From contig NC_083288.1 of assembly GCF_963506605.1 (NCBI RefSeq), forward strand, positions 29,822,001 through 29,886,000: a stretch of 64,000 nucleotides of DNA, given 5' to 3'. The notes below the pieces were generated by a model. It saw only the letters and a program-made list of their open reading frames with translations. It ran no database searches and was not told where the DNA came from. A program made the translations under genes and the position numbers. Shown one piece after another: positions 11,897 through 23,610 of the stretch. The DNA comes from Zootoca vivipara. Its lineage: Eukaryota. Position 1 is the first letter of the stretch. Each line of letters opens with the position of its first letter.

Positions 11897-12160
11897 CATA
11901 CTGTTTTTCTTCATATTCTTTTACTTCTCCAGTGCCATTAAAGGACTAGATGCCACTCCAGCCAAACATGCAATTTTATAAGATTCCACTTGCATTGGTA
12001 TCTATTAGGACAATAAACATTTATCAACATGGGGAAGAAATTGATTCCTATATATTCTGTCTTCCTAGAGATTTGTTCTCATGGGAATTGAACATATCTC
12101 AGCATTAAGGTTGTACAGAAACAATGATATATTTTGGTCAGTTTTGCTAATTTGATTAGG
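11897..12160 (-). promoter_or_regulatory. Putative OR promoter and first exon (B1)
   Basis: Homeodomain-like CTAATCAAATTAG (12147-12159), O/E TCCCATGAGA (12077-12086), TATAAAA (11974-11980), GTATG donor (11897-11901). Confidence 0.65.
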
Positions 12161-12521
12161 AAAGCCTGTTTGTTTAGGGTATCAGGAGAATAATGAGACT
12201 AAGGGTCTCACAGGCAAGGTGGTGGATAAATCACACAGTTCAAGCTGGAGTTAGCTCCATGAAATCAGTAGTTCTGACTACATGAAATCAGTAATTCTGA
12301 CTACATGAAATCAGTTGCCCACACTGAATGTTCCTGCCTCCCCACAGCTGCCTGTGTCTCCTTTTCACCAGGGCTCCTTAAAAACAATCAGAGACTACAC
12401 CTGCATGTAGCCTGCCTTTGCTCCTCCTCTCCTGGTTCTGGGAGTAAGTGAGGAGGGGATCCTGCTGCCAAGATGATGTCAGTCATGCACGCCACACGAT
12501 GTGCTGACATCAGTTGTGAGT

Positions 12522-12974
12522 GCCCGTTTGCTTATTCATCAGCATCTCATATGGTAATGGTTTGTAAATGGCAACATACCAATCGTATGTCAAGGCTGTG
12601 AGAAGAATGAAATCAGGTATTGAAAAGGTGAGACAGAAGAGGATTTGAGAAACACACTCAGAGTAAAAGGAATAAATAAATGTGCCTGGTGTTTATTAGG
12701 GAATTGGTCATAGGTTTGAGGATACTGGCTGAAACTTGGCCCAGGTCCTGCATGGCTACATTCATGAGAAGGAAGTACATGGGATTGTGGAGGTGGTGAT
12801 CAAAGGCTGCTGCCTAGATGTTGAGAAGATTTCTCACAACTGCTGCCAGGTAAAACACAAGGAATAGAAAAATATATAGAAGCTGTAGCTCCCAGACCCC
12901 AGAAAATTCCATGAGAATAAATTCTGACAGAGAGGATTAACTATGCTGTGCTCCTTCATATCCTTATTGCCCAT
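12522..12974 (-). pseudogene. Truncated OR pseudogene P1 (N-terminus to just past the DRY motif)
   Basis: Degenerate ...KEHSIVNPLS.EFIL...FDHHLH.PMYF...LTALTYDWYVAIYKPL; frameshifts; 3' half missing. Confidence 0.85.
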
Positions 12975-13120
12975 GGATAGAAGCAGAAGGGCATGTTAAG
13001 AAATCTAAGTTTTTTGGGGAAAATAAAATAAGAGGAGGGGGAGGAAGAAGTGGAAGGAGGACTCTGAATATTTTCACTACTGTTATAAGCAATTCTTGCA
13101 AACTCATGTGAATGGTGCTG

Positions 13121-13719
13121 AACAACTCCAATTTCAATGAGGTACAATTCAGAGCAGGCCATCTTAAGTAAATGTGGGATTTCACAGAAAAACTGATTGA
13201 CCACATTGGAGCAAAATTTAGGTACAAAGGTACCTCCGGTATGTAACACTCCATAGAGAAACCTGATGATCCATACAATAACAATCATTTGGATGCGGGC
13301 GTGCTTGTTCACCAGCATCTCATAATGTAGTGGTTTGCAAATGGCAATGTACCTATCATGCACCATGACTGTGAGAAGAGAGAAATCTGGTGCTACAAAG
13401 AAGACATACAAGAGGACTTGAGCAGCACACCTGAGTAAGAAATGTGTCCGTTCTCATGAGGGAAATTGCCATGGATTTGGGGGTAATGACTGAAACTGAG
13501 CCAATGTCCTATATAGCCAAGTTCATCAGAAAGAAGTACATAGGAGTGTGCAGGTGGTGGTCAAAGGCTACTGCATAGATTTCCTATAATTGTAGCAAGA
13601 TAAAAAGCAAGGAATCCAAAGAAGTGTAAAATCTGCAGTTCCTGAATCTGTGAGAATTCCAGCAGATAAAACTCTGATGAAGCAGATCGACTAATTATTC
13701 TTTCCTCCTTGACATCCAT
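13121..13719 (-). pseudogene. Truncated OR pseudogene P2 (C-type-like, ends at start of TM5)
   Basis: MDVKEERII...EFYLLEFSQIQELQILHF; frameshift after GNL; HDRYIAICKPL...FCEIPHLLKMAC then truncated. Confidence 0.9.
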
Positions 13720-13761
13720 GCTGCTTCTGGAAGGTAACGGAAGAGCAGGTGTTAAAAGGAT

Positions 13762-13807
<46 letters not shown>

Positions 13808-14239
13808 CTATATTCTTTTAGAATAAGGCAATGTTCTGAGGAAGAAAATCTGATGTTGATGACTGTGAATATGTGTAATGTATTATTAGAAATGGTGCTT
13901 TCCCTCTTTCTTCTTAGTGTCTTAACAAATGAAACTGATTTGCAAAAATGATACATGTTAAAATATGAGAGACACTACACACACCTTTGTAATTCAAGAG
14001 ATCTTTAATAAAAATATTTTTTTAAAAAAAGGGGGGGAAAGAAATGGTGCTTGCAAACTCATTGTAGTAGTTTGATAAGGCACAATGACATTTAACAGTT
14101 TGAACGTTTCATAATCAGCTGCCAAATATCCCACCTTCCAGTGACCGAGTCCCTGAGGGTGTAAACTTGAGTCACATTTCACACACCTAAGAATGTTGTC
14201 CGCATATAGAGGGCTTGGGAGGGGCAGGTGGAAGGAGGA

Positions 14240-14311
14240 TTCTGAGAATTCTAGGAGGAGAAATTCTGAGACAGATGATTTGTTATGCATGCTCTGCTTC
14301 TTCACATTCAT
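14240..14311 (-). pseudogene. OR N-terminal fragment P3
   Basis: MNVKKQSMHNKSSVSEFLLLEFSE followed by unrelated sequence. Confidence 0.8.
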
Positions 14312-14571
14312 TTTGCTAATGAGCAACAACACTCATTGGCAAAGAGTGCCTCTTAAACCCAGCACCTGTGGGATAAGTAATAACTGCATGCCTGATGCTT
14401 TTGCACTGCACCCAGATGGATTTTCTTCACATTTTATCAACCCTTTGTAAAAAGAGCTTCATTGTGCCTATACTCTAATGGGTTAAAGTGAGAATGAAAC
14501 TATCAAAGCAAGTCCCACCTGCATGTCACCTCCACATGAGTAGTTTTATAAGGAATTTTGAGTAGAGACAT

Positions 14572-15828
14572 TAGGGTTGCCAGACTCAATAGGGGACAGG
14601 ACTTCTGTGCCTTTAATTGCTCTGCTCTCTTTTGAGTCTGGAAACCTTAAAGAGAAACCAGCAGACCCTTTGCTTGGAAATTAAACACGATCAAAAATTG
14701 GAAAAAATTATGGATTAGGTATTTAAAATACATTACAGACTATGATCTAAAAGAAAATGTGCTCAAGATGCAGTTTAGGTGGCATCTTACACCGACCAAA
14801 CTGGCTAAGATGTATAGAGGAGTTAGTAACATCTGCTGGAGGAGTAAGGATGAAGTAGGTACTTTCATACACATATGGTGGTGTTGCAGGGAAATTAAGA
14901 AGTTCTGGGATGAAATATACAAAGAATTAAAAAAAATAGTCAAATACTCCTTTAAAAAAAACCCGAAATTTTTCTTTTGAGCATGCTGAGCGAAGAGATC
15001 AAAGCAAAAGACAGGTGCGTGCTGATGCATGCAACCACAGCGGGCAGACTCCTAGTTGCCAGAAACTGGAAAAGTGAAAAAATACCAAGTAAAGAAGAGT
15101 GGCCGATCAAATTAATAATTTATCAAAATCTAGCAATTAAGGTGGGTTTATCTAAAGGTTTAAGTGAAGAGAAAGCAGGAGAAGACTGGAAACCACTCAA
15201 ACTATACCTACAGAAACAAGTGGAAAAGGCGAAACTTATAGCGGAATTATGAGGGGTACAAATAAGACCAAGGAAATCAAAGAAAGAACCAAGCCAGATA
15301 AGTGTATGCAGAACATCAAGGAAATTTAAATCAGAATATAGGAGAGGTTGGAAGTCACGATATGGTGGAGGGGGGTGAAGGGGGTGGGCCAACAGATTTT
15401 AGTATTGTTCAACTTGAAATATCTTTTCAAGTCTTTTTAAACATGATCCTTTTTTTTCCTTACTATTAATTTACCAATCTAAACTTGGATTCAGATACAG
15501 AATGTCTGATATGTTATATTATGACAATTTATGTTATGTTATGTTATATCAGGTTATGTTATCTTATATTAAGATTTGAGTTTAATTTTCTATTACTGTT
15601 TAGTTTGTTTGTCTGTTTGTTTAGTCTTCTTTTTACATTATTTATCTATATGGTTTTTTGTTGTTGTCATTGCTGTTGTTTATGTTTTTTAAAAAAATGT
15701 CAATAAAGATTTTTTTTAAAAAAAGAAAAACCAGCAGACCCTTTGCTTGGAAATTAAACAAAGGGTCTGCTGGTTTCTCTTTAAGGTTTCCAGATTCAAA
15801 AGAGAGCAGGGCAATTAAAGGCACAGAA
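14572..15828. mobile_element. hAT (Tip100-like) palindromic MITE interrupted by an L1 and right-truncated
   Basis: Starts TAGGGTTGCCAGA; relative with both TIRs at 45901-46051. Confidence 0.7.
14688..15727 (+). mobile_element. 5'-truncated L1 (ORF2 C-terminus plus 3' UTR)
   Basis: RWHLTPTKL...CWR...HIWWCC zinc knuckle; ATTAGRLLVARNWKS; AATAAA and A-rich tail; 33-bp flanking duplication. Confidence 0.88.
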
Positions 15829-16006
15829 CAGAATATATAGTAATCAATGAATTTAGATAAGATGGAACCTTAAAATGCAATTGTATGCAATCTGAGTTAT
15901 AAACATCGATGTTGGGTGAGCGGGAAGTCATTAGTTCTGTTGAATTAGAATATAATTGTTGAGTAACAAATGTAACTTTTAATATGGAAAAACGAACAAA
16001 ATACTT

Positions 16007-16232
16007 TAGTGGTACCTCTAGTTAAGAACTTAATTCGTTCCGGAGGTCCATTCTTAACATGAAACTGTTCTTAACCTGAGGTACCACTTCAGCTAATGGG
16101 GCCTCCCGCTGCCGCCGCGCCACTAGCACACAATTTCTGTTCTCATCCTGAAGTTAAGTTCTTAACCTGAGGTACTACTTCCGGGTTAGCAGAAACTGTA
16201 ACCTGAAGCATTTGTAACCCGAGGTACCACTG
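16007..16232. mobile_element. Tc1/mariner MITE (duplicated copy of 7013-7237)
   Basis: Same TIRs and flanks. Confidence 0.85.
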
Positions 16233-16633
16233 TACTACAAAAAAAGGAAGACTGTTGCCTTCCATTGCAATGGACAAGAAAGATGTTATATCAAGAGCTA
16301 TACATAGTTCACCAAGGGCTGATTCTTGTATCATAGGTGCATGCAGAACAAACACTCTGAACTATTAACATGAGCCAGGTAAAAGTCAGGGGGGAAAAAC
16401 ACAACCTCCAACATTCCTCTGATGAAAATAGTGACATTTTCATCTGAGGACTTTTGGAGGGTATGCAACCACAGTCAGGTGCAGTGGTGTAAGTGCGGCT
16501 TCAAATATTTTACACTGCTTTCCTTTTCCATGGAAAGTTCTTTCATTCAACTTATTGCAGTCAATAGACTACAAGAAAAATACAATAAAATTCAGATTAA
16601 GCAAAACAAAAAGTACAAAATAATTTCTATAAC

Positions 16634-17275
16634 ATGAGAGGATTTTGGCAAACAAAAAAATTAGGGGTAGAATTTGTATCCTCAAATGAAAAGAAAACAA
16701 GAGGTGTGGTAATTTATGTAAAAGAAAACTATAGTGCTAAATTAGTATTTAAAGACGATGAGGGGAGAGTGACTGCCGTTCAAATAACGGTACAGGGAGA
16801 AAAGTTATTGATAGTAGGGGTATACGCCCCAAACCAAAAAAAGGCGGAATTTTATAAGAACCTTGAAAAAAGCTTATTTGAATATCAAGATGAAAAAATG
16901 ATTTTGCTGGGTGACTTGAACGGGGTGGTGTCACCAATAATGGATAGAATGGCAAAGAAAAAACCCAGCATGGATTGTAAACTCCCTAAATCCTTCTTTA
17001 ATCAGGTGGAGAGACTAGGATTGGTGGACAGCTGGAGGTTTAAAAACCCCACAGCAAAACAATTCACATTCTTCTCCCAGCCAAACCAAAGCTCGGGGAG
17101 GATAGATTTTATATGGATATCAAAGGAACTGACCATAAAAATTAATAAAACTGAGATCCAACCAAGGGTATTTTCAGACCACAACCCGATATACCTGGAA
17201 TTAAAGGGCGAAAAACCCTCCTTCCGGTGGAGATTAAACGAGGGTTTGTTTAATGACCAAAAAAATACTAGATAA
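16634..17275 (+). pseudogene. L1 ORF2 AP-endonuclease fragment
   Basis: GVYAPN, GDLN, GRIDFIW, SDH motifs. Confidence 0.88.
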
Positions 17276-17399
17276 AGCACACACAAAAACAATTAAGGAA
17301 TATTTTGAAATAAACTTAATAAAGAGACCAACCTAAAGGTAGTCTGGGATGCGGGAAAAGCATACATGTGGGGTTTCCTAAATCAGCAGAACAATATCA

Positions 17400-17456
<57 letters not shown>

Positions 17457-17806
17457 AGAAAGAAAGAAGAGATAACAAGGCAACTTATAGAAAATGAAAA
17501 ATTGTTGATATCAAAGCCTGGAGATACGAAACTAAAACAAAATATAAAAATGCTGCAAACCCAATTTGCTACTTTAGTAAATCAAGAAATAGAATGGAAA
17601 CTAAAATGGGCAAAACAAAATTTTTTGAATATGCAAACAAAAGTGGAAAGCTACTGGCTTGGCAACTTAAAAAAAGACAAAAGCAAAACTGTATAAATCA
17701 AATATGAAAAGATGACAAGATAACAGATAAGCAAAAAGATATTAGGAAAGCTTTTCAAAAATTTTATAAAGATCTGTATCAGAAAGGAAAGGAAGAAGAG
17801 GAGGAA

Positions 17807-20039
17807 ATGGAGTTATTTGTAGACAAATGTAGCCCAGCTTCAATATCAAAAGAAGAGGTAAATATGCTCAACGCCAAAATAACATCGGAAGAAATACAGG
17901 AAGGCATTAGAAGAATGAAGGCAGGAAAGGCCCCGGGCCCGGACGGGCTAACTGCAAAATATTATAAGGAATTGATAGACCAGATAGTACCAGTACTGAC
18001 ACAGATGCTGAATGAGATAATTGAGAAAGGACAGGTACCAAAAACATGGGAAGAAGCCCACATATCGTTAATTCCAAAAGAAAACTCAGATTTATTAGAA
18101 GTTAAAAACTACAGGCCGATCTCCCTGTTGAATCTAGACTATAAATTATTTGCGGATATCATTGGAAATAGATTGAAAAGAGTGCTGTCTGAAATAATCC
18201 ACAAAGACCAAACAGGTTTTCTACCTGGGCGTCAGATGAGAAACAACGTAAGAAACGTGGTAGATATCATTGAATATTTAGAACTGAAAATAGATAAAAA
18301 ACTGTGTTGATATTTGTTGACGCGGAGAAAGCGTTCGACAACATCTCTTGGAGATTTATGAAAAAATTACTGGAAAAAAGGGAGATGGGAGAAAAATTTA
18401 CGAGGTGTATTGATGCAATTTATTTTAAACAAAGGGCAAAGCTACCGGTAATTGTCAATAACATACTATCCGAAGAGTTGGAGATAACAAAGGGTACTAG
18501 ACAGGGGTGCCCTTTGTCACCCCTGTTGTTCATTTTAGTATTGGAAGTATTGTTAGAAAACATAAGAAAGAATAAGGAGATAAAAGGGATAAGGATAGGC
18601 AGGAAATAATTTAAACAAAAGACCTTTGCCGAGGACCTCGTGCTTACGCTAGAAGATCCTGATACCAGTATGGAGGCAATGATGAAAGAAATGGATCAGT
18701 TTGGGAGATTGGCTGGGTTTAAATTAAATAAAAGGAAAACGAAAATGATGATTAAAAATATGTCTAAAAAAGAAATGGGAGAGATACAAGAAAAGTTTGG
18801 TATCGAAGTAGTAAAAAAATTTAAATACTTAGGTATTTGGCTGTCCTCCAAAAACATTAATTTATTCAATGATAATTATGTTAAGATCTGGAAAGACATC
18901 CAAAAAGATATAGAATTATGGAATAACCTGCACCTATCATTATGGGGCAGGATTGCTACGATAAAAATGAATATACTACCAAGGCTCCTGTTTTTATTTC
19001 AGATGTTGCCGGTAGTCAAAGGAACAAAACAATTTGACGTATGGAGAAAAACATTATCCAAATTCATATGGCAGGGAAAACCCCCTAGAATAAAACACAA
19101 ACTTTTAATAGACAAAAAGGAGAGGGGAGGTTTTTCACTGCCGGACCTTAGATTATACTATGAGGCATCTTGTTTGATGTGGATTAAAGAATGGGCAGCA
19201 TTAAAAGACTTGGAGGGGTTTAATAATAGATACAGTTGGCACTGCTACCTGTGGTACAACAAGGTTAGTGTACATAAAGGTTTCTTAACACATGTGATCA
19301 GGAAATCGTTATATGAAGTGTGGGTAAGAAACAAGGGTTTACTCGAAAGAAAAACACCGAGGTGGCTGTCGCCTACTGAAGTCTTGACTATCAAAATAAA
19401 TAAATAAATATGGAAACTAACTGCCTGACTTATGATGATATTCTGATAGAAACAGGAGAAGGATGGGAAATAAAAACATATGAGCAGTTAAAAGAAAAAG
19501 GGATTGGGTGGTTGCAATACCACCAGATCCAGGACCTGTTTAAGCAAGACAAAAAGAACTACGGCTTTGAAAATAAAAAATCCAGGTTCCAAATAGAGTT
19601 AGTAGAAGGCAAGGAAAAATTGATGACTAAAATGTACGACCTCCTATTAGAGTGGAATACTAAGGACGAGGCGACAAAAGAATGTATGATAAAGTGGGCA
19701 GTTGATTTAGGATATAATATTGACTTCGATCAGTGGCACCATTTGTGGAACCATTATATCAAATTCACTGCCTGCATAACGTTAAAGGAAAACATCATGA
19801 AAATGATGTACCGATGGCATCTAACGCCCGTCAAGCTAGCAAAAATTTATAAAACAAATAACAAAAAATGCTGGAAATGTAACAACAAAGATGGTGATTT
19901 CTACCATATGTGGTGGCGGTGTGAAAAGGTGAAAGTATTCTGGGACTCAATTTATAATGAGCTAAAGAGGATGTTAAGGTGTACCTTCCCAAAGAAACCG
20001 GAATGTATACTTTTGGGAATAATGGGAAGAGAAATTTAA
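17807..20039 (+). pseudogene. L1 ORF2 reverse transcriptase and C-terminal domain, fragmented
   Basis: Four consecutive ORF pieces with RT motifs; catalytic FADD appears as FAED. Confidence 0.9.
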
Positions 20040-22051
20040 AAAGAGGACCAAAGGCTGTTCATGTACGCCACCACGGCCGCTAGAGTGATTTTAGCACAGA
20101 AATCCCAACTGTAGATGATTGGAGGGAAAAAATGATGGGTTATCTAGAATTGGCAAGGTTGACAGGAAGAATAAGAGACCAGAAAGAACAAAGGTATCAG
20201 GAAGAATGGGGAAAAATTATGGAATACCTAAAAGAATACTGCTAAAATATGTAAACACTAGTAGGAATGCTTTGAAAATACAACATAAAAAGCATATAGT
20301 CGTTGTCATTAACACAAGCTGGGAAATATTTGAGGTAGATAACAGACAATAAAGGATAAAGCGCAGAATATGAGGGATGATAAATAAAACCAAGAGAAAA
20401 GAAAAGAGGAAGTCCAGTTCGAGAGAACAAGCTTAGATTACAAGGATATATAAGAGGAAGAGAGAAGATGTAAACAAGAATTGACAAATGGTTTGTTTGT
20501 AAGATAATTTTTACTTTATTTTATTTTTGTGAAACAAAGTGCAATTGACATGTAATACAAAATGTATGGCAGTTTATTTGCAGGTAGGTGTTATAAAATA
20601 TTTGAATGAAAAATGGAAACAATAAAAAATTATTATCTGATGGATTTTCTTCACATTTTATCAACCTTTTGTAAAAGAACTCCCTGTGCCTATAATAGGT
20701 TAAAGTGAGAATGAAACTATCAAATCAAGTCCCACCTGCATGTAAACTCCACATGAGTAGTTCTGCAAGGAATTTTGAGTAGAGACATAAATATGCCTTG
20801 TTTTTAGGTGTATCTTGTAAACCCTTGTATCAAATAAAGAACTCACACCTAGAAATAACAAAATATTTGTTTATTCAAAGAAGATATGCATAACTTTAGA
20901 CATTACATTGCAAAGTCAGCAGATGCAGACTGCAACCAATCACTGAGACATCCATCCTCTCTTATCTAGAGATGAAAGTGATTCTGGCCCTCCAGAATGT
21001 TATTATTATTATATAGACGGGAACCATTTCTAGTCTATATAAAAAGTTATTTCCCAATATGTGAAGATCACAGCAGGATTTAAAGTGTAAGAAAACAACA
21101 GAATATATTCAGAAATATGTTAGAGAGGATGAAATGAGATAAGGCTGAACCTTAAAATGCAATTGTATGTAATCTGAATTATAAACATTGATGTTGGGTA
21201 AGCAGGAAGTCACTAGTTTTGTTGAATTAGAATATAATTGTTGAGTAACAAATGTAACTTTTGATATGGAAAAAAGAACAAAATACTATTACAAAAAAGA
21301 GGAAGACTGTTGTCTTCCATTGCAGTGGACAAGAAAGATGTTATATCAAGAGCTATACATAGTTCACCAGGGGCTGATTCTTGTATCATAGGTGCAAGCA
21401 GGACAAACACTCTGAACCATTAACATGAGCAAAGCAAAAGTCAGGTAAAACACATACCCCCCCCCCCAACATTCCTCTGATGAAAATAGGGACGTTTTAT
21501 TCTGAGGACTTTTGGAGGGTATGCAACCACAGTCAGTTGCAGTAGTGTAAGTGTGGGTTAAAATGTTTCCCCATGCTTTATATTTCTGTGGAAAATTCGT
21601 TCAGTCAACTTATTATAGTCGATGAACCATAACTGAAGTACAAAACTGTATAATTCAGATTTAGCAAAACAACAACCATAACAATTCTATACCGCCCTTC
21701 ATCCACACATCACAGGGCTGTTTACAATATAAAAACACAAAAATGCATAATAGAGTAACAGACAAAAACAATAACCCCATCCACTTTAAAAGGCCATATA
21801 TTGTTTAATTAGCATAGCCCAAAGTCACTTATGATGGTGGCCAGAGACCAAAGCATGTGGAGGGCTGCAGGGCAAAGAAGGAAATTTTAACCACTAAACC
21901 AATACTCACAATTTGCAATATAAGCAATATATCGGTAACCCTTCTAGATCAATTGAGAAAACTGAGCTAAATCTATTTAGCTGCTTTAAAGTTTCCTCAA
22001 AGAATTTCCAGTTTCCTATCATTAGTATTATAGTGCATGCTGAATTTTCCT

Positions 22052-23020
22052 TCACAAAATAAGACTGGAAAGCTTTTGCATAGAGGAGTGACGCAAACAC
22101 AATAGCTTTGACAGTGCATTTTTAATCTCTTTATTTCTCATGCTATAGATTCCTGGATTCATCAATGGTGGAACCATGGAATACATCACTGTAAAAGCCA
22201 AATCCAGATGTAATGAGCTAGGCTTAAAGAAAGCAAAGTATGAAGTGAATACAAATAGGCAGTAAACAATGAGGAGATGGGGAAGGCAAGTTGAGAAAGC
22301 CTTTTGCCTTCCTTCAGAAGAGGGGATTTTCAGCACGGCAGTGAAAATGTACACATAGGATATAATGTTGAAGATAAAGCAGCCAATCCCAATGACAGCA
22401 CTTAACACAAGAACTCCTATTTCCATTTGATACAAATCAGTGCAGGCCAGCTTAAGTAACTGTGGGATTTCACAAAAAAATTGATTGACTACATTTGAAC
22501 AAAAGGGGGGTGCAAAGGTACCTCTGGTGTGTAACACTCCATAGAAAAAGCTGCTAATCCACACACTGCTAATAATTTGGATGTAGGTTTGTCTATTCAT
22601 CAGCATCCCATACTGTAATGGTTTGCAAATGGCAACATACCGATCATATGCCATGACTGTGAGAAGAAAGAAATCAGATCCTGCAAAGAAGACAAAGAAG
22701 AGTACTTGTGCCACACACCCAGAGTAGGAAATGTGTCTGGTGTTCAAGAGGGAATTGACAATGGACTTGGGAATAATGACTGAAGCTTGCCCCAGGTCCT
22801 GCAAGGCTAAATTCATCAGGAAGAAGTACATAGGGGTGTGCAGATGGTGGTCAAAGGCTACTGCAGAGATGATGAGAAGATTCCCCGTGACAGTTGCCAA
22901 ATACAATACCAGGAATATAATGAAATGTAGAATTTGTAGTTCCCGAACGTCTGAGAATTCTAGGAGGAGGAATTCTGAGAAAGATGATTGATTATCCATG
23001 CTCTGCTTCTTCACATTCAT
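22052..23020 (-). CDS. Olfactory receptor, family 14-like (A-type copy 2)
   Basis: Open frame with OR motifs; start at MNVKK after the acceptor; atypical changes (HTRG, PHLLIV, NPGIY). Confidence 0.92.
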   Translation of the reverse strand: MNVKKQSMDNQSSFSEFLLLEFSDVRELQILHFIIFLVLYLATVTGNLLIISAVAFDHHLHTPMYFFLMNLALQDLGQASVIIPKSIVNSLLNTRHISYSGCVAQVLFFVFFAGSDFFLLTVMAYDRYVAICKPLQYGMLMNRQTYIQIISSVWISSFFYGVLHTRGTFAPPFCSNVVNQFFCEIPQLLKLACTDLYQMEIGVLVLSAVIGIGCFIFNIISYVYIFTAVLKIPSSEGRQKAFSTCLPHLLIVYCLFVFTSYFAFFKPSSLHLDLAFTVMYSMVPPLMNPGIYSMRNKEIKNALSKLLCLRHSSMQKLSSLIL

Positions 23021-23400
23021 GTTGCTATGGAAGAAAGCAGAAAGCCAGATGTTAAAAGTAGAGCCCATTTTATTTACAATTGTTGTAATTATTATTATTT
23101 TTCATCCACTTTACTGTTGCCAACTGTAGACCACTGTGTTGAAAAATTATAGCAAATTCATGTAATCCAAGTTACACTTCACTTCCTAGTGTGAAAGTAT
23201 CTGAAAATATCCAGAAAATAGATGCAACACATGCTGAGGTACTTTGTGCTATGCAAGATTTGTGAACAAAGGTAGATAGATAGTTGCAGGAGAGAGTGAC
23301 TATCTGTGTAGGGGAGAATATGAGAGTTAGGGAGACAGAAGGAAAGATGACCAATACATTACTTTCATTCTAAGTGCAAGTGAAAAATATAGAAAGTTAT

Positions 23401-23610
23401 CTTACTATTTTTGTTCTACCTAGGGTTCTCTGCAGTATGCTTCTCCAGTGAAATTAAATGACTGCATATCACTCTACCCATACCTGCAATTTTATAGCAA
23501 TCCTCCAGCAGTTGGATTTATGATGACAAAACAACATGAATCAACATGGGGAAGAGACTTATTAATAACTCTGCTGTCTTTCTAGAGATTTACTCTCACA
23601 GGAATTCAAA
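23401..23610 (-). promoter_or_regulatory. Putative OR promoter and first exon (A2)
   Basis: GTAAG donor 23401-23405, TATAAAA 23490-23496, O/E-like site 23594-23603. Confidence 0.62.

Larger units (their letters stand above)
16632..20636 (+). mobile_element. L1-clade LINE, 5'-truncated within the endonuclease, ORF2 disrupted
   Basis: APE domain (VYAPN, LGDLN, RIDFIW, SDHNP), RT (KAPGPDG, YRPISLLN, DAEKAFD, GTRQGCPLSP, KYLG), C-terminal CWKC...HMWWRC; several frameshifts/stops; AATAAA tail. Confidence 0.95.
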
